A DNA stretch of 64,000 bases from Candidatus Peregrinibacteria bacterium (GCA_020851415.1 JADZCU010000032.1:38379-102378); one strand, 5' to 3'. Shown: positions 48,716 through 58,270, counted from the stretch's first letter. Numbers and translations are program-made. The notes: generated by a model not told the origin, from the letters alone.

Positions 48716-48956
48716 AAAATTAAGTGCAAAAGCCTGCGTAGAATAGCACAAAAATCCGAAAAGTGAGAATCCATTTAAGATTCTTTTAAGGGTGAGTGAT
48801 ATTTTCACCTCGATCATCTCAATGAGTATTTTGCACCAAACAGCGCTGGCCCCACAATCAAAACCCTAAAGCCATTATTTGGCTAATCCGAGCGCACGGC
48901 GCGAGGGCGCAGGCGCGTGTCTTTGCCACCGCCGGAGCGTATATGAGTAAATGCAC

Positions 48957-48985
48957 TTGACGGTGAGTATATACTCACCTATCAT
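48957..48985 (+). promoter_or_regulatory. recA promoter with an embedded 18-bp perfect palindrome (candidate SOS-type operator)
   Basis: TTGACG lies at 48957-48962 and TATCAT at 48980-48985. The palindrome GGTGAGTATATACTCACC (48962-48979) spans the spacer between them. Confidence 0.55.
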
Positions 48986-49026
48986 TGCGAATGATCACAA
49001 ATTTCTATTTTTTTATTTTCTAAACC

Positions 49027-50142
49027 ATGTCAACACTCACAGAAAAACAGAAGGCCGTAGAACTCGCTCTTTCACAAATTGAAAGAAATTTTGGCAAAGG
49101 CGCCATCATGAAACTCGGCGAATCACAAAAAGTTGCCATCGAAACCATACCAACAGGTTGCATGTCACTTGATATAGCCATCGGTGGAGGCATTCCACGT
49201 GGTCGTATTATCGAAATTTTTGGACCGGAAAGTTCAGGAAAAACAACCCTTACGCTGCATATTGTTGCCCAGGCGCAAAAATTGGGCGGACAGGCTGCTT
49301 TCATTGACGCTGAGCACGCACTCGACCCTGAATATGCACGCAAAATCGGCGTAGATATAGATAATCTTTTAGTTTCACAGCCGGACAGCGGTGAACAAGC
49401 ATTAGAAATTACCGAAGCTCTGGTACGCAGCAACGCGGTAGACGTAATAGTTGTGGACTCAGTTGCGGCTCTTACTCCACGCGCAGAAATCGAAGGCGAA
49501 ATGGGGGATTCACACATGGGTTTACAGGCTCGCCTTATGAGTCAGGCACTCCGCAAACTCACCAGCACAATCAGCAAATCCAAAACCACAGTTATTTTCA
49601 TCAACCAGCTCCGCATGAAAATTGGCGTGATGTTTGGTAACCCGGAAACAACCACAGGTGGTAACGCTCTCAAATTCTACGCATCCGTTCGTATGGATAT
49701 TCGCAGCATCGGAAAAATCGAGGAGGGCAGCGGCGAAACAAAAGAGGTAATCGGTAATCGTGTGCGCGTAAAGGTAGTAAAAAATAAAATCGCTCCACCA
49801 TTCAAAATGGCCGAATTCGACATTATGTATAACCGTGGTATCTCCTACACAGGGGATCTTATTGACCTCTCAACAAAATATGAGATCACCAGAAAGAGCG
49901 GCGCCTTCTACACATATAAAGATCTCAAACTTGGTCAGGGTCGTGAAAACGCCAAAGAGTTTCTCTCTACAAATGAAAAGGTCCTGCGCGCAATGGAAAA
50001 AGACGTACTGGAGTATGTTGCTAATGCCAAAAAGGCAGAAGATGTAAAAAATGAAAATTACATTCAGCAGCAACAGCCACAGTTAACAAAAGCCGCACCG
50101 GTAGCCGCTAAAGCAGCTCGTTCTGCAAAAGATGAAGACTAA
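49027..50142 (+). CDS. recA: Recombinase RecA
   Basis: [10 protein letters not shown], Walker A (GPESSGKTT), IVVDSVAAL and [32 protein letters not shown] are present. Confidence 0.97.
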   Translation: MSTLTEKQKAVELALSQIERNFGKGAIMKLGESQKVAIETIPTGCMSLDIAIGGGIPRGRIIEIFGPESSGKTTLTLHIVAQAQKLGGQAAFIDAEHALDPEYARKIGVDIDNLLVSQPDSGEQALEITEALVRSNAVDVIVVDSVAALTPRAEIEGEMGDSHMGLQARLMSQALRKLTSTISKSKTTVIFINQLRMKIGVMFGNPETTTGGNALKFYASVRMDIRSIGKIEEGSGETKEVIGNRVRVKVVKNKIAPPFKMAEFDIMYNRGISYTGDLIDLSTKYEITRKSGAFYTYKDLKLGQGRENAKEFLSTNEKVLRAMEKDVLEYVANAKKAEDVKNENYIQQQQPQLTKAAPVAAKAARSAKDED

Positions 50143-50671
50143 AAAAGAACTCACAAACGCTCTCATGCTATACGCCGTCAACCTTCTGGCTCGACGGCGT
50201 TATAGTGTGCACAAAATGCAACAGAAGCTCTTTGAAAAATGCAAAAAAATAAATCGAACGGAAAATCTCACCGAAGAAATGACCGGCGATCAACAAGAAG
50301 CTTCGCAGGAGGTAATAAGTTTTCTCCTCTCAAAAAAATATTTAAACGACACAGAGTACGCAGAACTCTATGTAATTTCAGAACTCAGAAGAAAACCATC
50401 CGGCAAGTTTGTAATAAAGAATAAGCTCAAGCAGCGCGGTATCAGTAATAACATTATTTCCGCAGCCCTAAGCAAATATACCGAACATGGCGAATACGAA
50501 TTAGCCATCGAGGCACTCAAAAAAAAACTGGTAATATTACGCGAATCCGACCCTAGAAAAAAGCAGGAAAAACTCACCAGATTTTTAGTCTCCAGAGGAT
50601 TCCCGTTTACAATAATTCAATCTGCGATAAAAGAGATTCTCAAAGAAGAAATTACTGAACAAAGCGACTAA
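50132..50671 (+). CDS. recX: RecX-like regulatory protein
   Basis: It sits immediately after recA with an 11-nt overlap. The helical-repeat composition and size fit RecX. Confidence 0.75.
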   Translation: MKTKKELTNALMLYAVNLLARRRYSVHKMQQKLFEKCKKINRTENLTEEMTGDQQEASQEVISFLLSKKYLNDTEYAELYVISELRRKPSGKFVIKNKLKQRGISNNIISAALSKYTEHGEYELAIEALKKKLVILRESDPRKKQEKLTRFLVSRGFPFTIIQSAIKEILKEEITEQSD

Positions 50672-50741
50672 ACAATGAATTTCTAAAGACATTATTACCA
50701 TCATCAAGTCGAGTAAAACTCACTTCAATCAAATTAAAAAT

Positions 50742-51365
50742 TTACTCTTCCTCTATTTCTTGGGCCAATTTAGCCAACCTCTTCTCATGATGAGCAATCT
50801 TTTTGTTATGAATAGGATCATCAATTTCTTGCACTTCCTTCAGGTATTTTTTAATTCTTTTCGTCAGCAAATCATAACTTGATTCATCAATTTTCCCACT
50901 CTTTAACTGATCTTCAATCAAATCTTCAATTCGATAAAGCTCCGCTTCGCAACGCTTGGATTTCCATTTAAATGAAGCAAAAGTGTCATCAATCTGGTTA
51001 ATAAATTTTGCTACAGATTTTTTCTTTTTCTGGCCGGCAAAAGTAAATCCAGTAACTGCAAAAAACACTCCAATCAAAGAAACCAGTAATGCCAGGAACT
51101 GAACCCAATATTCAGAAATAAAGCTCTGCACGCCACGTTGAGGTTTATCATCAATTCTTGTGGCACTAGCAAGTTTCTCCTTCAGAGCCTGCTTATCAAT
51201 AGTTGTTGAATCGGGGGAGTTTGCCAAAGCCATATATCTAAACGTTTTACCAGAATAATCTGACCCTTCAGTTGAGTTATTCTGAGCAAAACAAAAAGTT
51301 GAAAATCCAATGACTGAAATGGTCAACACAAAACCCAAAACGTGGCTAAATCGAGACTTTTTCAT
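50742..51365 (-). CDS. Hypothetical secreted/membrane protein
   Basis: It has a signal peptide, an internal TM segment (FLALLVSLIGVFFAVTGFTFAG) and a helical C-terminus. Confidence 0.45.
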   Translation of the reverse strand: MKKSRFSHVLGFVLTISVIGFSTFCFAQNNSTEGSDYSGKTFRYMALANSPDSTTIDKQALKEKLASATRIDDKPQRGVQSFISEYWVQFLALLVSLIGVFFAVTGFTFAGQKKKKSVAKFINQIDDTFASFKWKSKRCEAELYRIEDLIEDQLKSGKIDESSYDLLTKRIKKYLKEVQEIDDPIHNKKIAHHEKRLAKLAQEIEEE

Positions 51366-51516
51366 AATTCAAATGATAGAAAATTGCACCCATCAGCATA
51401 AGGGAGCGCTTTACAAAAATCAAAACAAAGTATACTATAGTACCAGAACAGGATCTGAATTGAAGATCCTGGCCTTTCCGTAATCAATTAAATAATTAAT
51501 TTCATTATTAACATAT

Positions 51517-52767
51517 ATGCAATCTCAATTCTTTGCTGCCATCAATCAGCTCTGTGACGAAAAAGGGATTCCAAAAGATAAAATTTTGGACACCATCAAA
51601 GCGGCTATCCGTGCGGCTTACCGTAAGGATTACGGTAACCGTGACCAGAATATCGACGTCGGCCTCGATGAAAAAACCGAGAGATTTACAGTATTACTCG
51701 TAAAAAAGGTGGTAAAAACTGTAGAAAACCCGGAATTGGAGATCACTTTAGCTGAAGCAAAAAAATATCGAAAAGATGCAAAAATCGATGAAGAAATTCA
51801 AATCGATGTAACTCCAATCGAATACGGACGCATCGCTGCACAATCGGCAAAACAGGTTATTATTCAGCGTATTCAGGAAGCTGAACGCGACATCATGTAC
51901 GATACATTCAAAGATCGTGAAAATGAGCTCATTAACGCTCTGGTTCACCGTGTAGAAGGTCAAAACGTTTACGTTAACCTCGATAACAAAATCACTACAA
52001 ACTTATCACGTGACCAGCAGATCCCCCGTGAACGCTACTACGGCGGCCAACGTTTAAAACTCTACCTGGATAAAGTAATCAAAACTACTAAAGGACCACA
52101 ACTCCTTATTTCCCGTACTCACTCAAGTTTAGTACGCAAATTGATGGAACTTGAAATACCTGAAATTAAAGCCGGTTTGGTGGAAATCAAAGGCATCGCA
52201 CGTGAGCCTGGTGTTCGTTCAAAAGTAGCCGTTTCATCTTCAGACCCAAAGATCGATCCAATCGGTTCATGCGTAGGTCAAAAAGGTGTGCGCGTTACCA
52301 ACGTAATGGATGAACTCAACGGCGAGCGTATAGATATCATTCTCTGGCATGACAACCCAATTGAATACATCAAGACGGCACTCGCTCCGGCCAAGGTTGC
52401 TCACATCGAGCTTTCTACAGAATCACGCCGCGCCAAGGTCTATGTAAACCCCGATCAGCGCCCGCTCGCCATTGGTAAAGAAGGTCAAAACGTTAGACTC
52501 GCTTCAAGACTCACAGACTACGAAATAGACATTCTTGATATCGGAGAACTCTCAGCAGAAGCTGCCAAAGCACTCGAAAAGAAAAAAGTTGATACCATTG
52601 ATCAACTTGAAGGTGTAACACCGGAACTGGTCGCAAAACTTGCTACTGCCAACCTGAGCCAGCCGGAACAGTTAAAGGGTTTGAGCATGAAAGACTTCAT
52701 GGGTATTGAAGGCGTAACGGAAGAAGAAGCAAACTACCTGGTGGAAGTTATGAAAAAAGTTGCGTAA
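51517..52767 (+). CDS. nusA: Transcription termination/antitermination factor NusA
   Basis: It has the NusA N-terminus, an S1 domain, KH domains (IGSCVGQKGVRV, AIGKEGQNVRLAS) and a C-terminal HhH region. Confidence 0.95.
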   Translation: MQSQFFAAINQLCDEKGIPKDKILDTIKAAIRAAYRKDYGNRDQNIDVGLDEKTERFTVLLVKKVVKTVENPELEITLAEAKKYRKDAKIDEEIQIDVTPIEYGRIAAQSAKQVIIQRIQEAERDIMYDTFKDRENELINALVHRVEGQNVYVNLDNKITTNLSRDQQIPRERYYGGQRLKLYLDKVIKTTKGPQLLISRTHSSLVRKLMELEIPEIKAGLVEIKGIAREPGVRSKVAVSSSDPKIDPIGSCVGQKGVRVTNVMDELNGERIDIILWHDNPIEYIKTALAPAKVAHIELSTESRRAKVYVNPDQRPLAIGKEGQNVRLASRLTDYEIDILDIGELSAEAAKALEKKKVDTIDQLEGVTPELVAKLATANLSQPEQLKGLSMKDFMGIEGVTEEEANYLVEVMKKVA

Positions 52768-52790
52768 TCAAGTTGTAAAACATCCAATCA

Positions 52791-52820
52791 AAAAGGCCTC
52801 CACACGGGAGGCCTTTTTTG
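52791..52820. terminator. Bidirectional terminator between nusA and the giant-protein operon
   Basis: AAAAGGCCTCC ACACG GGAGGCCTTTTTT forms the hairpin with flanking A and T runs. Confidence 0.75.
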
Positions 52821-52877
52821 TATCAAAATTACCGATAACAATTTCTCATTCGCTTCACCTGAACTTTTGAATCGAAA

Positions 52878-53507
52878 TCAATTGAGGTCTTTGGAATCAC
52901 TTCTTTTGCCAGCCGCTTTGATTCCTTTACCCAGCAGTGTCAGTAAATTGCTGTAAGCAATTCGACACTGTCTCATAAACCATTCACGGTCTTTTGTGCT
53001 GGAAAGATTCCTTGGGTCACTATACTCAACATCAAAAGTACAACCTCCCAGAGAGATATCCTTCTGAATTTCCTCAGGCATATAGGCAAAATAACGGCCA
53101 GGTGGCTCCGCCATATCTCCATAACCCAAAGTCAAAGCATTAATATAAGAAACCGAAAATAAACGGATGAATTTTTTAGATGCCAAAAAACTATCCCACT
53201 TACCTTCAGTCATTTGCTCATCTTTATTCTTGCCACCATAATCAAATGGTAACAAAGCGATACAGCACTTGGTATCTTGAGGCCATCGCATCTTAAAATC
53301 AGATGTTACAAGAGTATCCCAATCTATATTCGAAAGTGCTTCATTTGGAATCGCCTCACATTCAGCAGCATAATCATCAAGAGCCTGATCTTCTCCATGC
53401 ACTGCTGGTAACGGCTTCTTCATTCTGGAAGCGGCCACGGCCTGTGCACGTTCATTGTCAAAACGGTTCTGAAGACTGATAGCAATAATTGGTTCTCTTT
53501 CTGACAT
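52878..53507 (-). CDS. Partner protein 1 (209 aa) of the giant-kinase cassette; paralog of 58271-58921
   Basis: It begins 27 nt downstream of giant gene 1. It shares motifs with the other partner: TKCCIALLPF / GGTCCLTAIPT, GGCTFDVEYSDPRNL / KNCSFKVEGMRDLN, and the C-terminal IAYSNLLTLLG / KAFNALRSFFG. Confidence 0.6.
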   Translation of the reverse strand: MSEREPIIAISLQNRFDNERAQAVAASRMKKPLPAVHGEDQALDDYAAECEAIPNEALSNIDWDTLVTSDFKMRWPQDTKCCIALLPFDYGGKNKDEQMTEGKWDSFLASKKFIRLFSVSYINALTLGYGDMAEPPGRYFAYMPEEIQKDISLGGCTFDVEYSDPRNLSSTKDREWFMRQCRIAYSNLLTLLGKGIKAAGKRSDSKDLN

Positions 53508-53534
53508 ATAAATAGATTACAGTTTGATTATAAC

Positions 53535-56500
53535 TTAGTGTGAAACATGGACACCAGGGGACTCTGAGGCAGATTGGAATCTTTTCTTTATAGCATTAAG
53601 CTTTTCGATGGTTTCAGTAATAGTAATGGCGTCATGGGCATCCATGAGTCGAGTTGATAATGCATCAAGTTCGGCTATGGCGCTATCGATCACACCTTCA
53701 GAAATACCCCATTTTTTAGCCCATTCAGACTTATTTTCAGTCAGAGCTTTTCTATAACGCTGCAAAGAAACTCCAACCTGATTTTTATCTGCAAGAGCCA
53801 AAATTTCCTTTGGCATTTTAGGTACTGGTGTACCGGCAGCCTTTGCTTCCGCAACGACGCGTTTTGCCTGTGCAATCATTTCATTGATATGTTCAGCAGA
53901 AAAATAACTTGGTGTAATACCAATCTGTCTGGAATCGGAGATTGAACCAGTAGGTGACATACGTACAACAGCATAACTCTGTGAACGACCGTCGGCACCC
54001 TTTGGACCGGTTGGAATAACGCGAAGTTGAGATATTTCTTCAACGGAAGTAAGCGATAGATCACCCAGGAAGCCACCTTCAGTACCATGTGATTTACCAA
54101 CAAAAACGTTTTCCGGCTTATAATCCAGATGAATCCAGCCATTCTCATGCAGTCTATCAAGACCTTCAAGAGAATCCAAAAAATAGCTCAAAACAGAATG
54201 AGGATTTTCACCCGCATATAATCGACCTTTGAGCGATATATCTTTTCCCGGTGCGCCTTCGACCTTTTCAAAAATTATTACTGGAGAAGATCCTGGTTTA
54301 GAAACAAGGCGAGGTTTAATCAGGCCGGTACTGTCCGGGAAATCAATGACTGCCTGAAGTGCAGTACGTTCATTATCAAAAATTCTGCGAATCGAATCCA
54401 ATTCAAAATTCATACTGGCCATTCGTGATCTCAGTGATGTCTTCATCTCTTCAGTTAAACTCTTTGAGTGAAGCCATTCTTCGAGTTGACTTATCTCTTC
54501 AGCAATAACTTTAGCCTTCTTGTTGGTATCCTCAATATTAGCAAGTCTATCACGTGCATCAGTTAATTGATCCTGAATTTTTTTCGCCTCTGCCGTATTT
54601 GCCTTTGCCGTTTTGAGCTGTTCATCCAGTTTTCGGATCTGCATACGAAGATCGATCGCATTATCCATTTCAGCAAGTTTCGCTCGCTTCGCAGCAATCT
54701 TCCCCTGTAATCTTTCTATCTCTGCAGCACTCAGTTTTCCTTCATCCAGCATCTTGGCAATATCATGAATCTCCAATGACATTGCTTCAACATTTTTCGG
54801 ACGCTTCATGGCTGCTGTTTCTAAACGTGAGCCGTCACCTACTACATAGGCACAATCTGAAACAATTCCAAATCCACCTTCACCAAGTGTTTCACCGACA
54901 TAATAACGAACCTTATTACCCTTTGAATCTCGAACAAATTGGTACTCTTGTTTTAAAATTCGTTCAATGAGAGTTGCGTCAAGGTTCTCAAGACTTGAGT
55001 GCAATAATCGCAGCTCTTCGTCTGGTAATGCTTCAAGTAATCTGTAAAACTCATTTGGATTCATCTTCTTTGCCGCAGCCTGAAGTGGCTTACTGCCTGC
55101 GGCGGAAGTTTCAATTTTCGCTACCAGATTTCTTCTTTCAGGAGTTCTTGGCTTTGGAGAAAAATCAGGCTTCGCCTGCAAAGCAGCAGCTTCTTCCGCT
55201 TCGGAAAAACGCTCCTTCGATTTTCTTTCAGCATTCTCTTTACCAAGTTTACCTGCGGGTTTTGTTGAGCTGTCGTCAACAGACGATTTTGCTTTACCCT
55301 CTGACGGCTCTTCTTTTTTAGGCTTCGCTGGAGCTTCATCAGAAGTTTTCTTTTTGACAGGTTTTGATTCGGTGACAGTGGCTGAAGTAGTTTTTTCACC
55401 CTTTTTATCAGGTGCCACTTTTTTACCAGTATCAGCTTTTACAGGTTTTCCTATTTCTTTTGAATATTTTCTATGTAAATCCAGATATTCGGGATGTTCA
55501 CGTACAATTTTCTGAAACTCAGCCGGCTTACCGCGTGTCGCTTCGATTGCCTTATAAGCCTCTTCTGCAGTAACAACCTTTTTCGCATTTGCAGTTGCGG
55601 CACCCTCAACAACTTCAAGTTTTTTCCCACCTCTGGCGATTGTTAAAGCCAGGTTACCGGCTCCCTTCGCCAAAGTAGCGGGGAGTTTCACAACACCCAC
55701 AACCACGCCTGAAATATCTTTAATAAACACCTCAACAAAAGTACGGGCACCCAAAAGCGCAGCGCGGCCGGCACCCATGCCGCCGATCTTCACGGCTGCA
55801 ATAGAAGTCTTCACCGCTGTGGCTGTTGCACCTGCTCCACTTAAAGTAGCGACAACGTCAACCATCATTCTACCGATAATTTTACTGGTACTTTCCTTGT
55901 CCCATTTATCCTTTTGCAAAAGCGCATCAACAATCATGCCCGGATGATTGATCAAATGGCCAATGCCTTTTACTGCATCAATAGGATTACGCACCATCAT
56001 GCCAAGTCCTTGAATCAAATCTTTACATCCTTCCGTCACGCCGGCAAAAACCTCAATAATCGTCCCAAGCCCGCCACCACTAAACGTGTCCAAAATAGTA
56101 TCAACAAGATTATTACCGGTTGGATTTCCTATACTCAAATGTTTCGAAGCTTCACTCATCCAATCCCACGCCTCTTGCAAATGCATTTTGCCACCTATCC
56201 ATGTAAATCCGGAACCGATTGCATCCCAAGCCTTTACCCAGCCTTCACCCATGTAACCGACAATTTCAATTGCGGCACCCAAACCGGGTGCTTTTTTAGC
56301 CCAATCCCAGGTGGCACCCGCCTTCTTTGAAACCCAGCTGGAACCGGCTTCAACTCCTGGAATACCTCTCAAAGCAGCACCGGCAGTATCTATAAGCCCG
56401 GGACCTTTGATATCCATTTGTTTCAACATTTTCAAATAACTTTCAGCTTTCTTGATCAGCTCAAAGTTAGACGTATCAACCTCAAGAACAGCTCCTGAAA

Positions 56501-57947
56501 CTGATTCATCAAGCGAATCAATCATAGCCAACTCGGCTTTCTCACCTTCGTTGATAGTTTTAAGATTTTCATCAAGTTGGGTAATAGTTGCAGTTACAGA
56601 TTTGTCAGTTGCAATAATTTCAGTTTGAGCCCTTTTTGTGCGGGACGTATCTGCAATAAGCTTACTCAGCTGACCCTGCATTCCGGAAAGTGTGGAGTCC
56701 ATTTTTATTTGCTCGCCCGCAACACCTTGGCTACCCTCACGCAACTGGTGTGCCGCGTCACCTGCTTTCCGCTGCCCTTCTTCAATCTGCTGAACAACGT
56801 TCGCCGGTGCGGCATTTCCCTCCTGCTTTCTCTTTTCAACCTCACCCTTGGCCGCCGCCAGACCTTCTTCTGCTTTTTCGATCTCACCGGTTTTTTCTTC
56901 CATTTCCCGCTTACGCTCAGCGACCATTCGCATTTTGGAGACCATCACATCATACTGGTGTTGGATGTCCTGTCTGGCTTTTTCATTTTGAACAATACGA
57001 TCTTCCGCCTCCTTCTTTTTCTTATCATTTTCTGCCTTCTTTTTCTTCGCCAGACTCAGATTCTCTGTCACCTTATCGCGTGCCTCTTTATATTTTTTTT
57101 CAGTTTTAGCTTTTACTTTTTCAGGAGCGCCGTTTAAATCATCACCACGTTTTTGACGTTCCTTCTGTTTCTTTTTCATTTCAGTCAGCTTGGTCTGGAA
57201 ATCCTTGACGGCGTTTTCTTTAGCCTCCTTCGCCGCTTTAACTTCAGGGATATCTTCAGTCCACGGAGCCAAACTCACCAGATACTCACCAACAGCAGTT
57301 GCTCCGGTATTATGAGGTTTATTGGCGTCATCAACTTTTTGTTTTGCATCTCCAAATGTAACTGCGAGTTTTCCAAAATCTTCAGCTTCATTCTCAAAAT
57401 CCTTTTGATATTTCAAAAGTTCTGTATAAACACCATCGGCGGTTTCCATGTTCGCGGTATCGATTTTCGTCACATCTACGCCCTTCAACCGCTTCTGTGC
57501 TTCAGCCGCAGCTTCAGCATTTTCCTTGGTTTTTTCAGCCTCGGCTTTTTTCTCCTTTTTCAATTCAGCTAAACGATCCAGAATTTCACGAACCTTTTTC
57601 GTCAGTTCCTCCTTGAAGGTTTTGTATTCAGCTGCATCAATACCCGAATTGGAATCCTTGTCATATTTAGATATATTTCCATCTATCCATTGTCCAAAAT
57701 TTTTCTTCATCCGATCCTTAAAATCCTGTGGTAAAGAACGGAAATTATAGACCTTATAATCATCGAGCTCATAAATTGCATCCACCTCTTTTCTCGCTTC
57801 AGTTTTGCGGGCATCAATCTTTTCTTCATCAGGTACGGCAGACTCTTTCGGTGCCTTTTCTTTTGATTGTTCATTTTCAAAAACAAAACGTTTCGTTTTC
57901 AAAAGCGAATCATCAAAGAATTTAAATTGTGAGCATTTGATTACCAT
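53535..57947 (-). CDS. Giant protein 1 (1470 aa): coiled coil, Gly/Ala/Trp-rich hydrophobic core, Lys/Pro-rich linker, C-terminal Ser/Thr-kinase-like domain
   Basis: A 4.4-kb uninterrupted ORF. Kinase motifs are the G-loop GETLGEGGFGIV (54867-54884), AAMK, HLDYKPEN (54108-54131), LGDLS and TPSYFSAE. The N-terminal ~450 aa are Lys/Glu-rich heptads. Confidence 0.8.
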   Translation of the reverse strand: MVIKCSQFKFFDDSLLKTKRFVFENEQSKEKAPKESAVPDEEKIDARKTEARKEVDAIYELDDYKVYNFRSLPQDFKDRMKKNFGQWIDGNISKYDKDSNSGIDAAEYKTFKEELTKKVREILDRLAELKKEKKAEAEKTKENAEAAAEAQKRLKGVDVTKIDTANMETADGVYTELLKYQKDFENEAEDFGKLAVTFGDAKQKVDDANKPHNTGATAVGEYLVSLAPWTEDIPEVKAAKEAKENAVKDFQTKLTEMKKKQKERQKRGDDLNGAPEKVKAKTEKKYKEARDKVTENLSLAKKKKAENDKKKKEAEDRIVQNEKARQDIQHQYDVMVSKMRMVAERKREMEEKTGEIEKAEEGLAAAKGEVEKRKQEGNAAPANVVQQIEEGQRKAGDAAHQLREGSQGVAGEQIKMDSTLSGMQGQLSKLIADTSRTKRAQTEIIATDKSVTATITQLDENLKTINEGEKAELAMIDSLDESVSGAVLEVDTSNFELIKKAESYLKMLKQMDIKGPGLIDTAGAALRGIPGVEAGSSWVSKKAGATWDWAKKAPGLGAAIEIVGYMGEGWVKAWDAIGSGFTWIGGKMHLQEAWDWMSEASKHLSIGNPTGNNLVDTILDTFSGGGLGTIIEVFAGVTEGCKDLIQGLGMMVRNPIDAVKGIGHLINHPGMIVDALLQKDKWDKESTSKIIGRMMVDVVATLSGAGATATAVKTSIAAVKIGGMGAGRAALLGARTFVEVFIKDISGVVVGVVKLPATLAKGAGNLALTIARGGKKLEVVEGAATANAKKVVTAEEAYKAIEATRGKPAEFQKIVREHPEYLDLHRKYSKEIGKPVKADTGKKVAPDKKGEKTTSATVTESKPVKKKTSDEAPAKPKKEEPSEGKAKSSVDDSSTKPAGKLGKENAERKSKERFSEAEEAAALQAKPDFSPKPRTPERRNLVAKIETSAAGSKPLQAAAKKMNPNEFYRLLEALPDEELRLLHSSLENLDATLIERILKQEYQFVRDSKGNKVRYYVGETLGEGGFGIVSDCAYVVGDGSRLETAAMKRPKNVEAMSLEIHDIAKMLDEGKLSAAEIERLQGKIAAKRAKLAEMDNAIDLRMQIRKLDEQLKTAKANTAEAKKIQDQLTDARDRLANIEDTNKKAKVIAEEISQLEEWLHSKSLTEEMKTSLRSRMASMNFELDSIRRIFDNERTALQAVIDFPDSTGLIKPRLVSKPGSSPVIIFEKVEGAPGKDISLKGRLYAGENPHSVLSYFLDSLEGLDRLHENGWIHLDYKPENVFVGKSHGTEGGFLGDLSLTSVEEISQLRVIPTGPKGADGRSQSYAVVRMSPTGSISDSRQIGITPSYFSAEHINEMIAQAKRVVAEAKAAGTPVPKMPKEILALADKNQVGVSLQRYRKALTENKSEWAKKWGISEGVIDSAIAELDALSTRLMDAHDAITITETIEKLNAIKKRFQSASESPGVHVSH

Positions 57948-58264
57948 TCTTCCATGCCTTTAAGAATATCTTCCGCCTGTTCTGTTTTTCTTTGTTTATT
58001 TTCGGTCTCCTTTTGATATTTTTTAATCTCATCCTTTTTAAACTGTTTCACACGGCCTACAAAAGTCTCATCATAAGTAACAATCTTATCAATGAGCTTA
58101 TCCTGCTTTTTTTCCGCACGACCAAAGAGGGACGCCAACACTCGATAATCATGATCATCAAGCTTATCAAAAGACTCCAACAGTTCTTTCTTTACGTTTT
58201 CTTCAAGAAAAATACTGTGTTGGATCTCTTTTTTGAGTTTTTGTTTTGATTTTTGTGTATGCAT
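57941..58264 (-). CDS. Small helical protein (107 aa) translationally coupled to giant gene 1
   Basis: Its stop codon overlaps the giant-1 start in ATGGTAA (7-nt overlap). The composition is Lys/Glu-rich and helical. Confidence 0.55.
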   Translation of the reverse strand: MHTQKSKQKLKKEIQHSIFLEENVKKELLESFDKLDDHDYRVLASLFGRAEKKQDKLIDKIVTYDETFVGRVKQFKKDEIKKYQKETENKQRKTEQAEDILKGMEEW

Positions 58265-58270
58265 ATATTT

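Noticed and set aside
49020-49517. 165-aa ORF antisense to recA
   Set aside because: It lies entirely within the well-supported recA coding region on the opposite strand. Its composition is low-complexity Ser/Ala/Pro, typical of an antisense frame.
54776-57925. Multiple plus-strand ORFs of 60-186 aa inside giant gene 1, and similar ones inside giant gene 2 (59727-63980)
   Set aside because: They are antisense to uninterrupted 4.4-kb and 5-kb reading frames. Their Phe/Leu/Ser-rich composition mirrors the Lys/Glu-rich sense codons.
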